From the NCBI GenBank assembly GCA_963706695.1, contig CAVPNC010000006.1, positions 134,361 through 198,360 on the forward strand: a stretch of DNA of 64,000 nucleotides, read 5' to 3'. The position numbers were made by a program, and so were the translations under genes. The DNA is from an uncultured Chloroflexia bacterium. GTDB lineage: Bacteria > Chloroflexota > Limnocylindria > Limnocylindrales > CSP1-4. Shown here one piece after another: positions 50,934 to 60,648 of the stretch (positions within the stretch are counted from its first letter, which is position 1; each line of letters begins with the position of its first letter). A model generated the notes under the pieces. It ran no database searches. It saw only the letters and a list, made by a program, of their open reading frames with translations, and was not told the DNA's origin.

Positions 50934-52454
50934 CTACTCGTCACCTTCACCTTCTGGATGGCCGAACGGCTGTAGCGGAGCCCCTCGTCCGCAGGCTTGG
51001 AGAACACCGCCTTGAGCTCCCAGGTGCTGTCCGGCCAGAGCGTGGCCTCGTAGCGACCCTGCTGGTAGAGCGATCGCATCCACACCGTCCGCCAGCTGTC
51101 ATCGCTTCCGGCGCGGCGGTACATGAGCTTGAGCGAGCGTCCGTTGAGCGGGTTGGCCGCGAGCAGGCGGTAGCTGCTGTGATCGGCCACCTTGAGCGTG
51201 GCCGTCAGCCGCACCGAGGCGCCGGCGGCGATGGTCGACCTGCTGGCCGAGAGCGAGAGCGTGGTGGCCACGTCGTTGCAGCTGGAGATGGCGGTCTTGT
51301 TGTCGGGCGTGTCATACAGCTCCTGGAGCGTGGCCACGTCACAGCGACCGAAGGCATGGCGGCTCGATCCGGACTGCGGTCGGCTGGGGGTGATGCCCTG
51401 CATGACGGAGACGTTCGCGGAGAGCGTGAAGCCCGCGCTCGAGGGATGGTTCAGGCCGGCGATGTGACCGAGCTCGTGGAGCATCACGCGCCTGATGTCG
51501 AAGCAACCGCTCGAGGAGGACGTCTTCTGGCACCAGCGCAGCGTGCCCCACGAGTAGTCCGTGCCGTACGGGCGGATCCAGACGCCCCACGACGTGGGCA
51601 TGCTACGACTGGCACAGGCGATGGCCGAGCTGCTACAGAAGCTCGGCAGCGAGCCGCTGTAGGCCACGCTGTTGGCTGCCGTCGCTGCGATAGACGAAGC
51701 TCGGACTGCGGGCGGCGGACGAGCGCGTGGCGTCCGTGGCTCCGGCCTTGAGCGGTCCCGCGGCCCAGGGCGGTGGCACGGCGCCGGCCTTCCAGCGATA
51801 CGTCAGGTTCTTGCTGCTGGGCCAGCCGCCGGCGTAGAAGCTGGGCGTGGGCCGGGCGGCCCCGGCAGGCTCGAGGGCGGCCATCTCAAGGCTCCCATCG
51901 CTGGGCAGGCACATCTCCAGGCACGGTTCCTGCAGCGCGGCCTCGGTGGCGCCGCTTTCCGGATCGAGCAGGTGGGTGCCCTCGTAGCGGCGTGAGTCGC
52001 GGTCGTGGACGGTGAAGCGCAGCGGGCCCTCGGCGCTGTCGCGCTGCGGGTACAGGTGCCGGCTCAGCTGACGCGTCCACAGGCGGCAGGCCCGGGCCGT
52101 GTCGATCATGTCCAGGCGTGTGCCGTGGTCGGCGCGCTCACCGACGAGCAGGCGGTCGGCGCCGGCGCGCACGCTGAACCCGCGCCGACCGGCACGCAGG
52201 TGCAGCTCCTGGTCCCCGTGGCGCAGCGTCAAGCGGTGGCCGCGCACGGCGCCGTCCGCATCCAGCACGGCTTGCCAGGGTTCGCTCATCTCACCTTCAC
52301 CAGACCTGCTGATGTCCAGCCCGGCACAGCGCGGCAGCGATGCGACATCATCGCCGGCGGCGACGACCGCCCCCGGATGCAGGGCCACCGTCAGCGCACC
52401 CCCCAGCACCGCGGTGGCGACATGGCGGAATACGACATGGTCTCGTCCTCGCAT
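50930..52454 (-). CDS. metzincin-type zinc metalloprotease (HELGHIAGLNH), probably one gene split by a frameshift near 51640-51700; alternatively two overlapping genes
   Basis: ORF 50930..51667 has the HExxHxxGxxH zinc-binding motif but no signal peptide. The overlapping upstream ORF 51633..52454 supplies an N-terminal hydrophobic or signal-like segment and a plausible pro-region. The two are in different frames and overlap by 35 nt. Confidence 0.45.
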
Positions 52455-52569
52455 GGACAGCCTTCCTCCGGCGGTTCACCCGGCGGGTCACCCGGCGGTA
52501 CAGGCGGTCGAGCCCATCATGGCCAGCGTCGCTTACCTGCCACTTTTGGGCCCCGTACGGGCCACTTGG

Positions 52570-52720
52570 CCGCATCGGAGGTGGTGGGCGGGAGTACACT
52601 CGCGCCACAACCAAAGAGCAAGATCCAGGACACGCGAAGTCGGTGAGAACCCGACACAGTCCCGCTACGGTGAACAGCGCTCTGACGCTGCCAAGTCCGG
52701 CCGCCGTGCCTCGGATCGTG
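52570..52720 (+). promoter_or_regulatory. cobalamin (AdoCbl) riboswitch candidate in the 5' leader of the btuF-like operon
   Basis: B12-box-like CCAAGTCCGGCCGCCGTGCC (compare E. coli btuB CCAAGCCCGAAGACCTGCC). Upstream core GTCGGTGAGAACCCGAC ... CCCGCTACGGTGAA (compare GGTGNGAANCC ... CCCGCAACGGT). It lies about 40-180 nt upstream of the substrate-binding protein's start codon and an AAAGGGGAAG RBS. Confidence 0.65.
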
Positions 52721-52750
52721 CGCCAGCCCTTCGAGTGAAAGGGGAAGCAC

Positions 52751-53740
52751 GTGAACACACATTCCTTCGGACGGGCCCTCGGCAGACCAGCCAGGGGCTT
52801 TCTTGTTGCCGTCGTGAGCAGTCTGCTCGGGCTCGCGCTGGTCCTGCCCCCCGTGCTCGGCGCCGAGCAGGACTTCCCGCTCACCGTCATCGATGACGAG
52901 GGCACGGCGGTCACCATCGAGGCCTACCCCGAGCGGATCATCAGCCTCTCGCCGTCCAGCACGGAGACGGTCTTCACCTTGGGCGCGGGCGACCGCCTCG
53001 TGGGCGGCACCGACTATGACGACTACCCCCCGGAAGCCGTCGACCTGACCGACGTGGCCACCTATACCGGCGTGATCATGGAACAGGTCGTGGCGCTCGA
53101 GCCGGACCTTGTCCTGGCTGCCGGCAACTTCTTCACCCCGCCCGATGACATCGCCACGATGCGCGAGCTGGGCTACACCGTGATCGTGCTCTATGCGCCC
53201 GATGTGGAGGCGGTCCTCGCCGACATCGAGCTCATCGGTACCAGCATCGGCCTGCCCGCCGAAGCGCAGGCCATGACCGCCGGGATGGCCGACCAGATGG
53301 ATCGGATCAGCGAGTCCGCCGCCGCGGTCGGCAGCCGCCCGCGCGTGTTCTACGAGCTCGGAGCGGAGCCCGAGATCTACGCTCCAGCACCGGACTCGTT
53401 CCTGGCCGACATGATCGTCCGCGCCGGCGGTGAGCCCATCACCACCGCCGATCCGGCCCTCTGGTCCATCCCGCTCGAGGAGCTGGTCGTGGCTGACCCC
53501 GAGGTCATCGTCCTCGGCGACGCCAACTACGGCACCTGCCCGGACGCGGTCGCTGCCCGTGCCGGCTGGGAAGGCATCAGCGCGGTCGTCACGGGCGACG
53601 TCCGACCTGTCGACGATGTGCCCATCACGCGCCCCGGTCCACGTCTGGCCCAGGGCCTCGCGTCGCTGGCTCGGGCCATCCATCCTGAGCTGGAGCTGGC
53701 CGGCTTCCCGGCCGATCCTCCCATGTGCGAAGCCGCCTGA
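52751..53740 (+). CDS. ABC transporter substrate-binding protein, cobalamin/Fe3+-siderophore (BtuF/FepB, class III) type
   Basis: 329 aa from a GTG start, with a signal peptide. PBP fold of the vitamin B12/iron-chelate type (ISLSPSSTETVFTLGAGDRLVG). Confidence 0.75.
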   Translation: MNTHSFGRALGRPARGFLVAVVSSLLGLALVLPPVLGAEQDFPLTVIDDEGTAVTIEAYPERIISLSPSSTETVFTLGAGDRLVGGTDYDDYPPEAVDLTDVATYTGVIMEQVVALEPDLVLAAGNFFTPPDDIATMRELGYTVIVLYAPDVEAVLADIELIGTSIGLPAEAQAMTAGMADQMDRISESAAAVGSRPRVFYELGAEPEIYAPAPDSFLADMIVRAGGEPITTADPALWSIPLEELVVADPEVIVLGDANYGTCPDAVAARAGWEGISAVVTGDVRPVDDVPITRPGPRLAQGLASLARAIHPELELAGFPADPPMCEAA

Positions 53741-53742
53741 CC

Positions 53743-54822
53743 ATGACCAGCCCGGACCTCGCGCAGGAGCGTGTACAGGTCCATCACGGTTCCCTTGAGG
53801 CCCTGCGCCGACGCCCGGTGGTGCTGGGCCTCGTGGGCCTGCTGGCCCTGGCCCTCGCCGTCGTGGCCGGCGTGGCCCTGGGCACGGTGGCCGTCCCGGT
53901 GGGGGAGACGGTGGCCATCCTCGCCGCTCGCCTGGGTGTACCCGTCGAGCAGACCTGGGCCGACACTTCCGAGACCATCGTGCTCACCTTGCGGCTGCCA
54001 CGAGTGCTGACGGCCCTGGTCGTCGGGCTCGGCTTGTCTGTCGCGGGCGTCACCTTCCAGGGCCTGCTGCGCAACCCGCTGGCCGATCCCTACGTCCTGG
54101 GCACCGCCAGCGGCGCCGCCCTGGGCGCCGCCATCGGCGTGCTGCTGCCGATCCAGATCGCCTGGCTCGGCTTGGGCCTCGTCAACATCCTCGCCTTCAT
54201 CGGCGCGCTGGTGGCGGTCACCGTCGTCTATCGCATCGCCGGCGGCGGCGGGCGCTCGACGATGACCTCGATCCTGCTCACCGGCTACGCCGTCGGCTCC
54301 ATGCTGGCCGCTGGCTTGTCGCTGGCGATGTACATCTCGGGCGCGCAGCTACGCCAGATCTTCTTCTACCTCCTGGGCAGCCTCAACGGCGCCGACTGGC
54401 AGAGCCTGCTGCTGGGCCTGCCCATCGTGGCCATCGGCTCCGCGCTCATCCTCACGCGCGCCCGCTCGCTCAACGGCCTGCTGCTGGGTGACGACACCGC
54501 CCTGCACCTCGGCGTCGACGTCCGCCGCGAGCGCTTCGTGCTGCTGGCCCTGGCCTCGCTGGTGACCGCCGCGGCCGTGGCGCTGGCCGGGCTCATCGGC
54601 TTCGTGGGCCTGGTCATCCCGCATGTCATCCGGCTCCTGGTGGGCCCCAATGCACGCCTGGTGCTGCCGCTCTCGGCCATCTGGGGTGCCGTCTTCCTGG
54701 TGGTCGCCGACCTCGGCGCTCGCCTCGCGGGGGAGCTGCCGGTGGGCATCGTGACAGCAGTCATCGGAGCGCCGATCTTCGTGATGCTGCTACGTCGCTA
54801 CCGCACGGCCTACCAGCTGTGA
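53743..54822 (+). CDS. FecCD/BtuC family ABC transporter permease
   Basis: About 360 aa with 9-10 TM helices and FecCD family motifs (RLPRVLTALVVGLGLSVAGVTFQGLLRNPLADPYVLG). Confidence 0.8.
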   Translation: MTSPDLAQERVQVHHGSLEALRRRPVVLGLVGLLALALAVVAGVALGTVAVPVGETVAILAARLGVPVEQTWADTSETIVLTLRLPRVLTALVVGLGLSVAGVTFQGLLRNPLADPYVLGTASGAALGAAIGVLLPIQIAWLGLGLVNILAFIGALVAVTVVYRIAGGGGRSTMTSILLTGYAVGSMLAAGLSLAMYISGAQLRQIFFYLLGSLNGADWQSLLLGLPIVAIGSALILTRARSLNGLLLGDDTALHLGVDVRRERFVLLALASLVTAAAVALAGLIGFVGLVIPHVIRLLVGPNARLVLPLSAIWGAVFLVVADLGARLAGELPVGIVTAVIGAPIFVMLLRRYRTAYQL

Positions 54823-55574
54823 GCGCGACCGGCCTGCGGGTCGACATCGACGGGCTTGCGCTCCGCTTCGGCTCGGCCACGGTGCTCGACGACATCGACC
54901 TGCACATCGCACCCGGAGAGCGCCTCTGCCTCGTCGGCCCCAACGGTGCTGGCAAGTCCAGCCTGCTGCGCTGTCTCACAGGCATCACGGAGCCGAGCGC
55001 GGGCTCGGTGCGCCTTGACGGTGTGCCGCTCGCCGACATCGAGCGGTCGGCCATCGCGCGCACGATCTCGGTCGTGCCCAGCCAGGTCGATCTGCCCTTC
55101 TCCATGCCGGTCGAGGACGTGGTCCTGCTGGGCCGTATCCCGCACGAGAACCCCTTCACGGGCCAGACCGACACGGACCGGGCGGCAGCCGATACGGCCA
55201 TTCGTCGCGTGGGCATCGAGAAGCTGCGCAGGCGTGATGTGCGACAGCTGTCGATGGGCGAGCGCCAGCTCGTGCTGGTGGCCATGGCCGTGGCCCAGGG
55301 CGGTCGGCTGATCGTGCTCGACGAGCCCACGGCCCACCTTGACCTCCGCCACCAGGTGGAGGTGCTCTCACTGCTCGAGCGCCTGGCCGACGATGGCTTG
55401 ACGGTGCTGGCGGTGCTGCATGACCTGCCCCTCGCGGCGCACTTCTTCCCGCGACTGGCGCTGCTCGATGAGGGCCGCCTCGTGGCCGATGGCCCACCGG
55501 CCCAGGTCCTCAGCCCCGAGCGCATCCGCGACGTCTATGAGGTCGACCCCCGCTTCGTGCCGGCGCTCACGTAG
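54819..55574 (+). CDS. ABC transporter ATP-binding protein (BtuD/FecE type)
   Basis: 251 aa. Walker A GPNGAGKSSL, signature LSMGERQLV, Walker B LIVLDEPTAHLD. Its start overlaps the permease stop. Confidence 0.8.
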   Translation: MSATGLRVDIDGLALRFGSATVLDDIDLHIAPGERLCLVGPNGAGKSSLLRCLTGITEPSAGSVRLDGVPLADIERSAIARTISVVPSQVDLPFSMPVEDVVLLGRIPHENPFTGQTDTDRAAADTAIRRVGIEKLRRRDVRQLSMGERQLVLVAMAVAQGGRLIVLDEPTAHLDLRHQVEVLSLLERLADDGLTVLAVLHDLPLAAHFFPRLALLDEGRLVADGPPAQVLSPERIRDVYEVDPRFVPALT

Positions 55575-55824
55575 CGCGGGCGCCACGCCGGCGGTCCGGT
55601 GTTCCCGCGGGACGGGCGAGCCCGGCCGTGGCCCCGGTCCACCGGGCCATGGCGTGGGGTCACCTGCCGTCAGGTAACGCCGGCCCATGTGCCCGCGGGA
55701 CGGGCGACTTCGGCCCGAGTGCAGCTGCTCCAACGGGCTGCGCCCACTCGTCGGGCGGCGTCGCCGACGAGCGGGACGAAGTGTCACCTTGTCCCGTCCG
55801 GCGGAGCCCGCAGCGCGTCCAGCG

Positions 55825-55956
55825 CTGCGCGCACGTCGAGCTCGCCCGCCACACGGGAAGACCCGCGGCTGCGCGCACGTCGAGCTCGCCCGCCACACGG
55901 GAAGACCCGCGGCTGCGCGCACGTCGAGCTCGCCCGCGACACGGGCAGACCGGCAG
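55825..55956 (+). repeat. 44 bp tandem repeat x3 (CTGCGCGCACGTCGAGCTCGCCCGCCACACGGGAAGACCCGCGG; two identical copies and one degenerate), with related motif copies extending across 55590..56010
   Basis: Exact copies at 55825-55868 and 55869-55912 and a degenerate copy at 55913-55956. CAGACTCGCCCGC occurs twice at 55967-56004. The motif CCCGCGGGACGGGCGA occurs twice at about 55606 and 55684. All lie in the 454 bp gap between convergent btuD and the GcvT-like gene. Confidence 0.7.
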
Positions 55957-56028
55957 CGTGCTCGCATCAGACTCGCCCGCCGCGACCCCCGTCAGACTCG
56001 CCCGCGAGACAGGCGTGACCGTCTGGCG

Positions 56029-57222
56029 CTACTCGCGCTTGCGGGGCGGGTCGAAGAAGGGAAGTGCCACGACCTCTGCGCCGATGCTGCCCCGTTCGCC
56101 CTCCACGGTCCACTCCATCTCGAGCTCGGTGCCGATCTCGGCCGAGGCCGCCGCCACCGTGCCCAGGGCCAGGTTCTTCTTGAGCACGAGGCTCCACGAG
56201 CCGCTGGTGGCACGGCCGACCTGCGCGCCGAAGTCGTAGATCGGGACCTCCTCCCGCCAGGCGTTGGCCGAGAGGGCAGGGGACAGTCCGTGCCCGGCGT
56301 ACAGCCGCTCGAGGTCCGCCCAGTCGAGATCGAGCCCGACCAGGCGCCGCGGCGGACCGCCCGCCTCCATCTCGCGCCGCAATGCCGCCTGACCCACGAA
56401 GGGCACCTCCTTGTCCAGCTGCACCAGGCCGCCGAGACCCAGTTCGTAGGGCGAGTAGCTCTGTTCGCGGGTGAGCGCATGGTGGACCGACGTGTAGTCG
56501 ACGCCGGCCATGATCAGGCCAGCCTCCACGCGCACCACGTCGAGCGCGAGGATACCGGCCGGCCGGATGGCGTAGGCGCTGCCGGTCTCCATCAGCGCGT
56601 CCCACACCGCGAGCGCGTCTTGATGCTCGATCCACAGCTCGTAGCCAAGGTCGCCGGTGTAGCCGGTGCGGCTGACATCAAGGGTGACTCCCGCGATCTC
56701 GAGCGTCCGCCGGCCGAAGTAGCGCAGGTCGGAGAGGTCCGTCTGTGCCGCCGACTGAAGGAGCTCACGGGACAGCGGTCCCTGCAGCGCCAGCGCTGCG
56801 AGTGCGTCGGTGACGTCGACGATGTCGACATCGAGGCCCCGCGCGTTGAGCCTCAGCCAGCGGTACTGGCCTTCGGCCGCGGTCCAGAACCACGAGCCGT
56901 CGTCCATGCGCATGAGCGTGCCGTCGTCGATGACGCGGCCATCGCTGTCGCACCAGGGGGTGTAGATGACGCGGCCAGGCTTGACCACCGTCGCCGAGCG
57001 CGTGATGACCCGGTCGACGAGGCGGTCCGCATCGGGGCCCGCCAGACGGTACTTGAAGAGGGGTGAGATATCGATGAGCGCGGCCGCGTTGCGGATCGCG
57101 TTGTACTCGATATCGATCTGCGGCGCGTACGCGCTCGAGCTGAAGACCCCCGACCATTCACGCCACTGTCGCCGGACGTTCAGCTCGAGGGCCCGCTCGT
57201 CAAAGGCCGATCCGACTGACAT
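56029..57222 (-). CDS. aminomethyltransferase family protein (GcvT-like folate-binding protein)
   Basis: 397 aa with GCV_T and GCV_T_C domains (NAAALIDISPLFKYRLAGPDA...). It is not within a gcvPH context. Confidence 0.65.
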   Translation of the reverse strand: MSVGSAFDERALELNVRRQWREWSGVFSSSAYAPQIDIEYNAIRNAAALIDISPLFKYRLAGPDADRLVDRVITRSATVVKPGRVIYTPWCDSDGRVIDDGTLMRMDDGSWFWTAAEGQYRWLRLNARGLDVDIVDVTDALAALALQGPLSRELLQSAAQTDLSDLRYFGRRTLEIAGVTLDVSRTGYTGDLGYELWIEHQDALAVWDALMETGSAYAIRPAGILALDVVRVEAGLIMAGVDYTSVHHALTREQSYSPYELGLGGLVQLDKEVPFVGQAALRREMEAGGPPRRLVGLDLDWADLERLYAGHGLSPALSANAWREEVPIYDFGAQVGRATSGSWSLVLKKNLALGTVAAASAEIGTELEMEWTVEGERGSIGAEVVALPFFDPPRKRE

Positions 57223-57379
57223 GAGCAGAGTCTAGGACGCCGTGTCTGCGCTGACTCGGCCGAACCGCACCCGTGCGGGGCGGGTAGCATGTCCACTGAG
57301 TCCGGCGACGCCAGCCGTCGTCGAGGGCGCGTGGGGGAGCCGGCCACGGGGCCGACGAGGCGCGCTGAGCGAGGAGAAC

Positions 57380-58981
57380 GTGCCACAACGCTACGACGCG
57401 GTCGTCATCGGCGGCGGCCACAACGGCCTCATCAGCGGTGCCTACCTCTCGAGGGCGGGCCTCAAGACGCTCGTGCTGGAGCGGCGGGAGATCCTCGGTG
57501 GCGCCACGCTCACGATGGAGGTCTTCCCCGGCTTCCGCTTCAGCGTGCTCTCATACGTGGTCAGCCTGCTGCGGCCGGAGATCATCCGCGACCTGCAGCT
57601 GCCCAGGCACGGCCTCCACATCCTGCCGCTCGATGGCACCTTCACGCCGACCGACGGTGACCACCTCTGGCGCACGGACGACCACGCCCACACCATGCGC
57701 GAGCTACGCCGCTGGTCCATCAACGATGCCGAGGCCTACGAGGAGTACGGCCAGCTGATGGCGCAGATGGCGCGCTTCATCAAGCCCATCCTGTCCATGA
57801 CCCCGACCGACCCCCGCCGCCCGGACCCGCGTGACGCTGCCGGCCTGGGCTCGCTGGTGAAGGACTTCTCGGCCCTGCCGCGCAAGCAGCAGCTGACGTT
57901 CGTGCAGCTGATGACCATGAGCGCAGCCGAGTTCCTGGGGCGCTGGTTCGAGACGGCACCGCTGAAGGGCACGATGAGCGCCTCCGGCATCATCGGCACC
58001 AACCTCGGCGTGCACTCACCGGGCACGGCCTACGTCCTGCTGCACCACTACATGGGCGAGATCGACGGCGCCTTCCGCGCCTGGGGTATCCCCAAGGGCG
58101 GCACCGGGGGGGTGGCTGCGGCCATCGCCTCGGCCGCTCGGTCGTTGGGTACCGAGATCCGCACGGAGGCCCCCGTGGCCGAGGTCCTGGTGAAGGACGG
58201 CCGGGCGGTGGGCGTGGTGCTCGAGAGCGGTGAGGAGATCCACGCCGACCACGTGCTCTCGACCGTGGACGCGCGCCAGACGTTCCTGGGCCTGGTGCCA
58301 CCGGGCACGCTGCCGACGGAGTTCGAGGCCGAGGTCAAGCGCTTCCGCTTCCGCGGCTCGAGCGGCAAGGTCAACCTCGCCCTCGACGCCCTGCCCTCGT
58401 TCGAGTCCCTGCCGGGACCCGGTGAGCACCTGCGCGGGGCCATCAGCTTCAGCCCCTCGGTCGAGTACATGGAGTCGGCCTACGACGATGCCAAGGCCGG
58501 CCGCTTCAGCCGCAAACCGTACATCGACATGATCATCCCCACGCTCGTCGATCCCACCATGGCCCCGCCGGGCAAGCACGTCATGAGCTGCTTCGTGCAC
58601 TGGGCGCCCTACCACCTGGCCGAGAGCGAGGGCACCTGGGACGACCAGCGCGAGGCCTTCGGGGACGCCGTCATCGACGTCATCGCCGAGCGCGCCCCCA
58701 ACATCCGCGACATCGTGCTGCACCGTCAGGTCATGACCCCCCTTGATATGGAGCGGGACGTGGGCCTGACCGAGGGCAACATCTTCCAGGGCGAGCTCAC
58801 GCTGGAGCAGCTCTTCTTCAACCGTCCGGTGCCGGGGTGGAGTCGCTTCGAGACACCGCTGTCCAACCTCTGGCTGGCCGGCTCGTCGACGCACCCGGGC
58901 GGCGGCATCATGGGCGCCAACGGGCGCCTGGCGGCGCTCAAGGTCCTCCAACGGATGAAGCAGAAGGGGGGTCGGGCATGA
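57380..58981 (+). CDS. NAD(P)/FAD-dependent oxidoreductase, phytoene desaturase (CrtI/CrtD) family
   Basis: GTG 57380 with a GAGGAG RBS. It has the dinucleotide-binding motif VVIGGGHNGL and a C-terminal amine-oxidase/CrtI fold (LWLAGSSTHPGGGIMG). Confidence 0.7.
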   Translation: MPQRYDAVVIGGGHNGLISGAYLSRAGLKTLVLERREILGGATLTMEVFPGFRFSVLSYVVSLLRPEIIRDLQLPRHGLHILPLDGTFTPTDGDHLWRTDDHAHTMRELRRWSINDAEAYEEYGQLMAQMARFIKPILSMTPTDPRRPDPRDAAGLGSLVKDFSALPRKQQLTFVQLMTMSAAEFLGRWFETAPLKGTMSASGIIGTNLGVHSPGTAYVLLHHYMGEIDGAFRAWGIPKGGTGGVAAAIASAARSLGTEIRTEAPVAEVLVKDGRAVGVVLESGEEIHADHVLSTVDARQTFLGLVPPGTLPTEFEAEVKRFRFRGSSGKVNLALDALPSFESLPGPGEHLRGAISFSPSVEYMESAYDDAKAGRFSRKPYIDMIIPTLVDPTMAPPGKHVMSCFVHWAPYHLAESEGTWDDQREAFGDAVIDVIAERAPNIRDIVLHRQVMTPLDMERDVGLTEGNIFQGELTLEQLFFNRPVPGWSRFETPLSNLWLAGSSTHPGGGIMGANGRLAALKVLQRMKQKGGRA

Positions 58982-60594
58982 GCGGACAGCGCTGGGATGC
59001 CATCGTCGTCGGCGGCGGCCACAACGGCCTCGTGGCTGCGACGTACCTGGGGCGCGCGGGCCTGCGCACGCTCCTGCTCGAGGCCCGACCTGCGGTCGGC
59101 GGTGCCGTCGGTACCTCTGAGGTGGCGCCCTCTGCCCGCGTCCCCACCCTGGCCCACACGGTCGGTCGCCTCACCCCGGGGATCGCGCGCGAGCTGGAGC
59201 TCTCGAAGCACGGCCTGCGGCTGGTGCAGCCCGCGGCGCTGGCGACCTCGGTCGGTGGTGACGGCGCACCCATCACCCTCTGGGCGGACCCGGCGCGCAC
59301 CGCGGCCGGCCTGGCCCAGCTGTCGGCCGCCGACGCCGCCGCCTGGGAGTCGTTCGACGCCGAGGTACGAGCGCTGGCCTCCACGCTCTGGCGCCTGCTG
59401 TTGATGACCCCGCCCGACACCCGGGAGGCCAACAGCGACGTCCTCGTGAGCGGGCTCAAGTTCGGCTGGCGCTACCGTCAGCTCGAGCCCCGCCACGCGC
59501 GCGAGTTCACGCGCATGCTGCCCACCGCCATCGCCGACTACCTCGAGGACAACCTCGAGTCCGATGCCCTGCGGGCGCTCGTGGCCACACGTGGCCTGCG
59601 CTACACCTCCATGAGCCCGCATCACGGCGGCAGCTCGGCGGTCATGCTCACCGACGCTGCCGGCAACGACGGTGGTGCGGCCGGTGAGACCGTCTACGCC
59701 CGGGGTGGCCCCGGGGCGCTGGCGGCAGCCCTGGCCATGGCGGCCCGCAGCGCCGGGGTCGAGATTCGCACCGGTTCCGAGGTCGTGGCCTTCCGCGACG
59801 ACCACGAGTCCATCACGGGCGTGGCCCTCGCCGATGGCGAGGAGCTCGAGGCCAGGGTGGTGGTGAGCGGCATGGATCCGCGGCGGACCCTGCAGGGGCT
59901 GCTGGACCCGGAGACGCTCGGGCCGGAGCTCGGCTGGGAGGTCGACAATCTCCGCGACAAGGGCGCCACGGCCAAGGTCAACCTGGCCCTCGCGGAGCTG
60001 CCGGCCTTCGACGGGCTCACCGGCGACGAGGGGCTCATGCGCCTGCGCGGCCGCATCGTCCTGGCCCCCTCGATGCGCTATCTGGACCAGGCCGCGGACG
60101 CAGCCAAGTACGGACGCGTCAGTGAGGCCCCATGGCTGGAGGCGACCATCCCCAGCCTGGTCGACCCGCTGCTCGTCGATGGGGCCGCGGCTGGTGGCGT
60201 GAAGCACGTCATGAGCGTGCTCGTGCAGTCGGCCCCGTACGTGCTCCGTGACGGAGATCGGGAGTCGCAGCGCGAGCCGCTCGGCGACCTGGTGCTGCAG
60301 ACGCTGGAACGGGCAGCCCCTGGCATCAGCAGGCTGGTGGTGGCCCGGCAGGTGCTGACGGCAGCCGATATCGAGGCCGACTTCGGCATCAGCGGCGGAC
60401 ATCCGCTGCATCTGGAGCCGGGGCTGGACCAGTGGTTCGCGTGGCGGCCGTTGCTGGGCTACGCCCGACACCGGATGCCGCTGCGGGGACTCTACCTCGC
60501 GGCCGCAGGTGCACACCCCGGTGGCGGCGTGACCGGCCTGCCCGGTCGCAACGCCGCCAGGGCCGTGCTGGCGGACCTCAAGGCCAAACGCTGA
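58978..60594 (+). CDS. NAD(P)/FAD-dependent oxidoreductase, phytoene desaturase family (tandem paralog)
   Basis: ATGA overlap with the upstream paralog. It carries IVVGGGHNGL and LYLAAAGAHPGGGVTG. Confidence 0.7.
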   Translation: MSGQRWDAIVVGGGHNGLVAATYLGRAGLRTLLLEARPAVGGAVGTSEVAPSARVPTLAHTVGRLTPGIARELELSKHGLRLVQPAALATSVGGDGAPITLWADPARTAAGLAQLSAADAAAWESFDAEVRALASTLWRLLLMTPPDTREANSDVLVSGLKFGWRYRQLEPRHAREFTRMLPTAIADYLEDNLESDALRALVATRGLRYTSMSPHHGGSSAVMLTDAAGNDGGAAGETVYARGGPGALAAALAMAARSAGVEIRTGSEVVAFRDDHESITGVALADGEELEARVVVSGMDPRRTLQGLLDPETLGPELGWEVDNLRDKGATAKVNLALAELPAFDGLTGDEGLMRLRGRIVLAPSMRYLDQAADAAKYGRVSEAPWLEATIPSLVDPLLVDGAAAGGVKHVMSVLVQSAPYVLRDGDRESQREPLGDLVLQTLERAAPGISRLVVARQVLTAADIEADFGISGGHPLHLEPGLDQWFAWRPLLGYARHRMPLRGLYLAAAGAHPGGGVTGLPGRNAARAVLADLKAKR

Positions 60595-60648
60595 GCGGGC
60601 GGGAGCGGCAGACCTCGCTCCCACCGACCACCCCGGCCGCGGCTGGCA

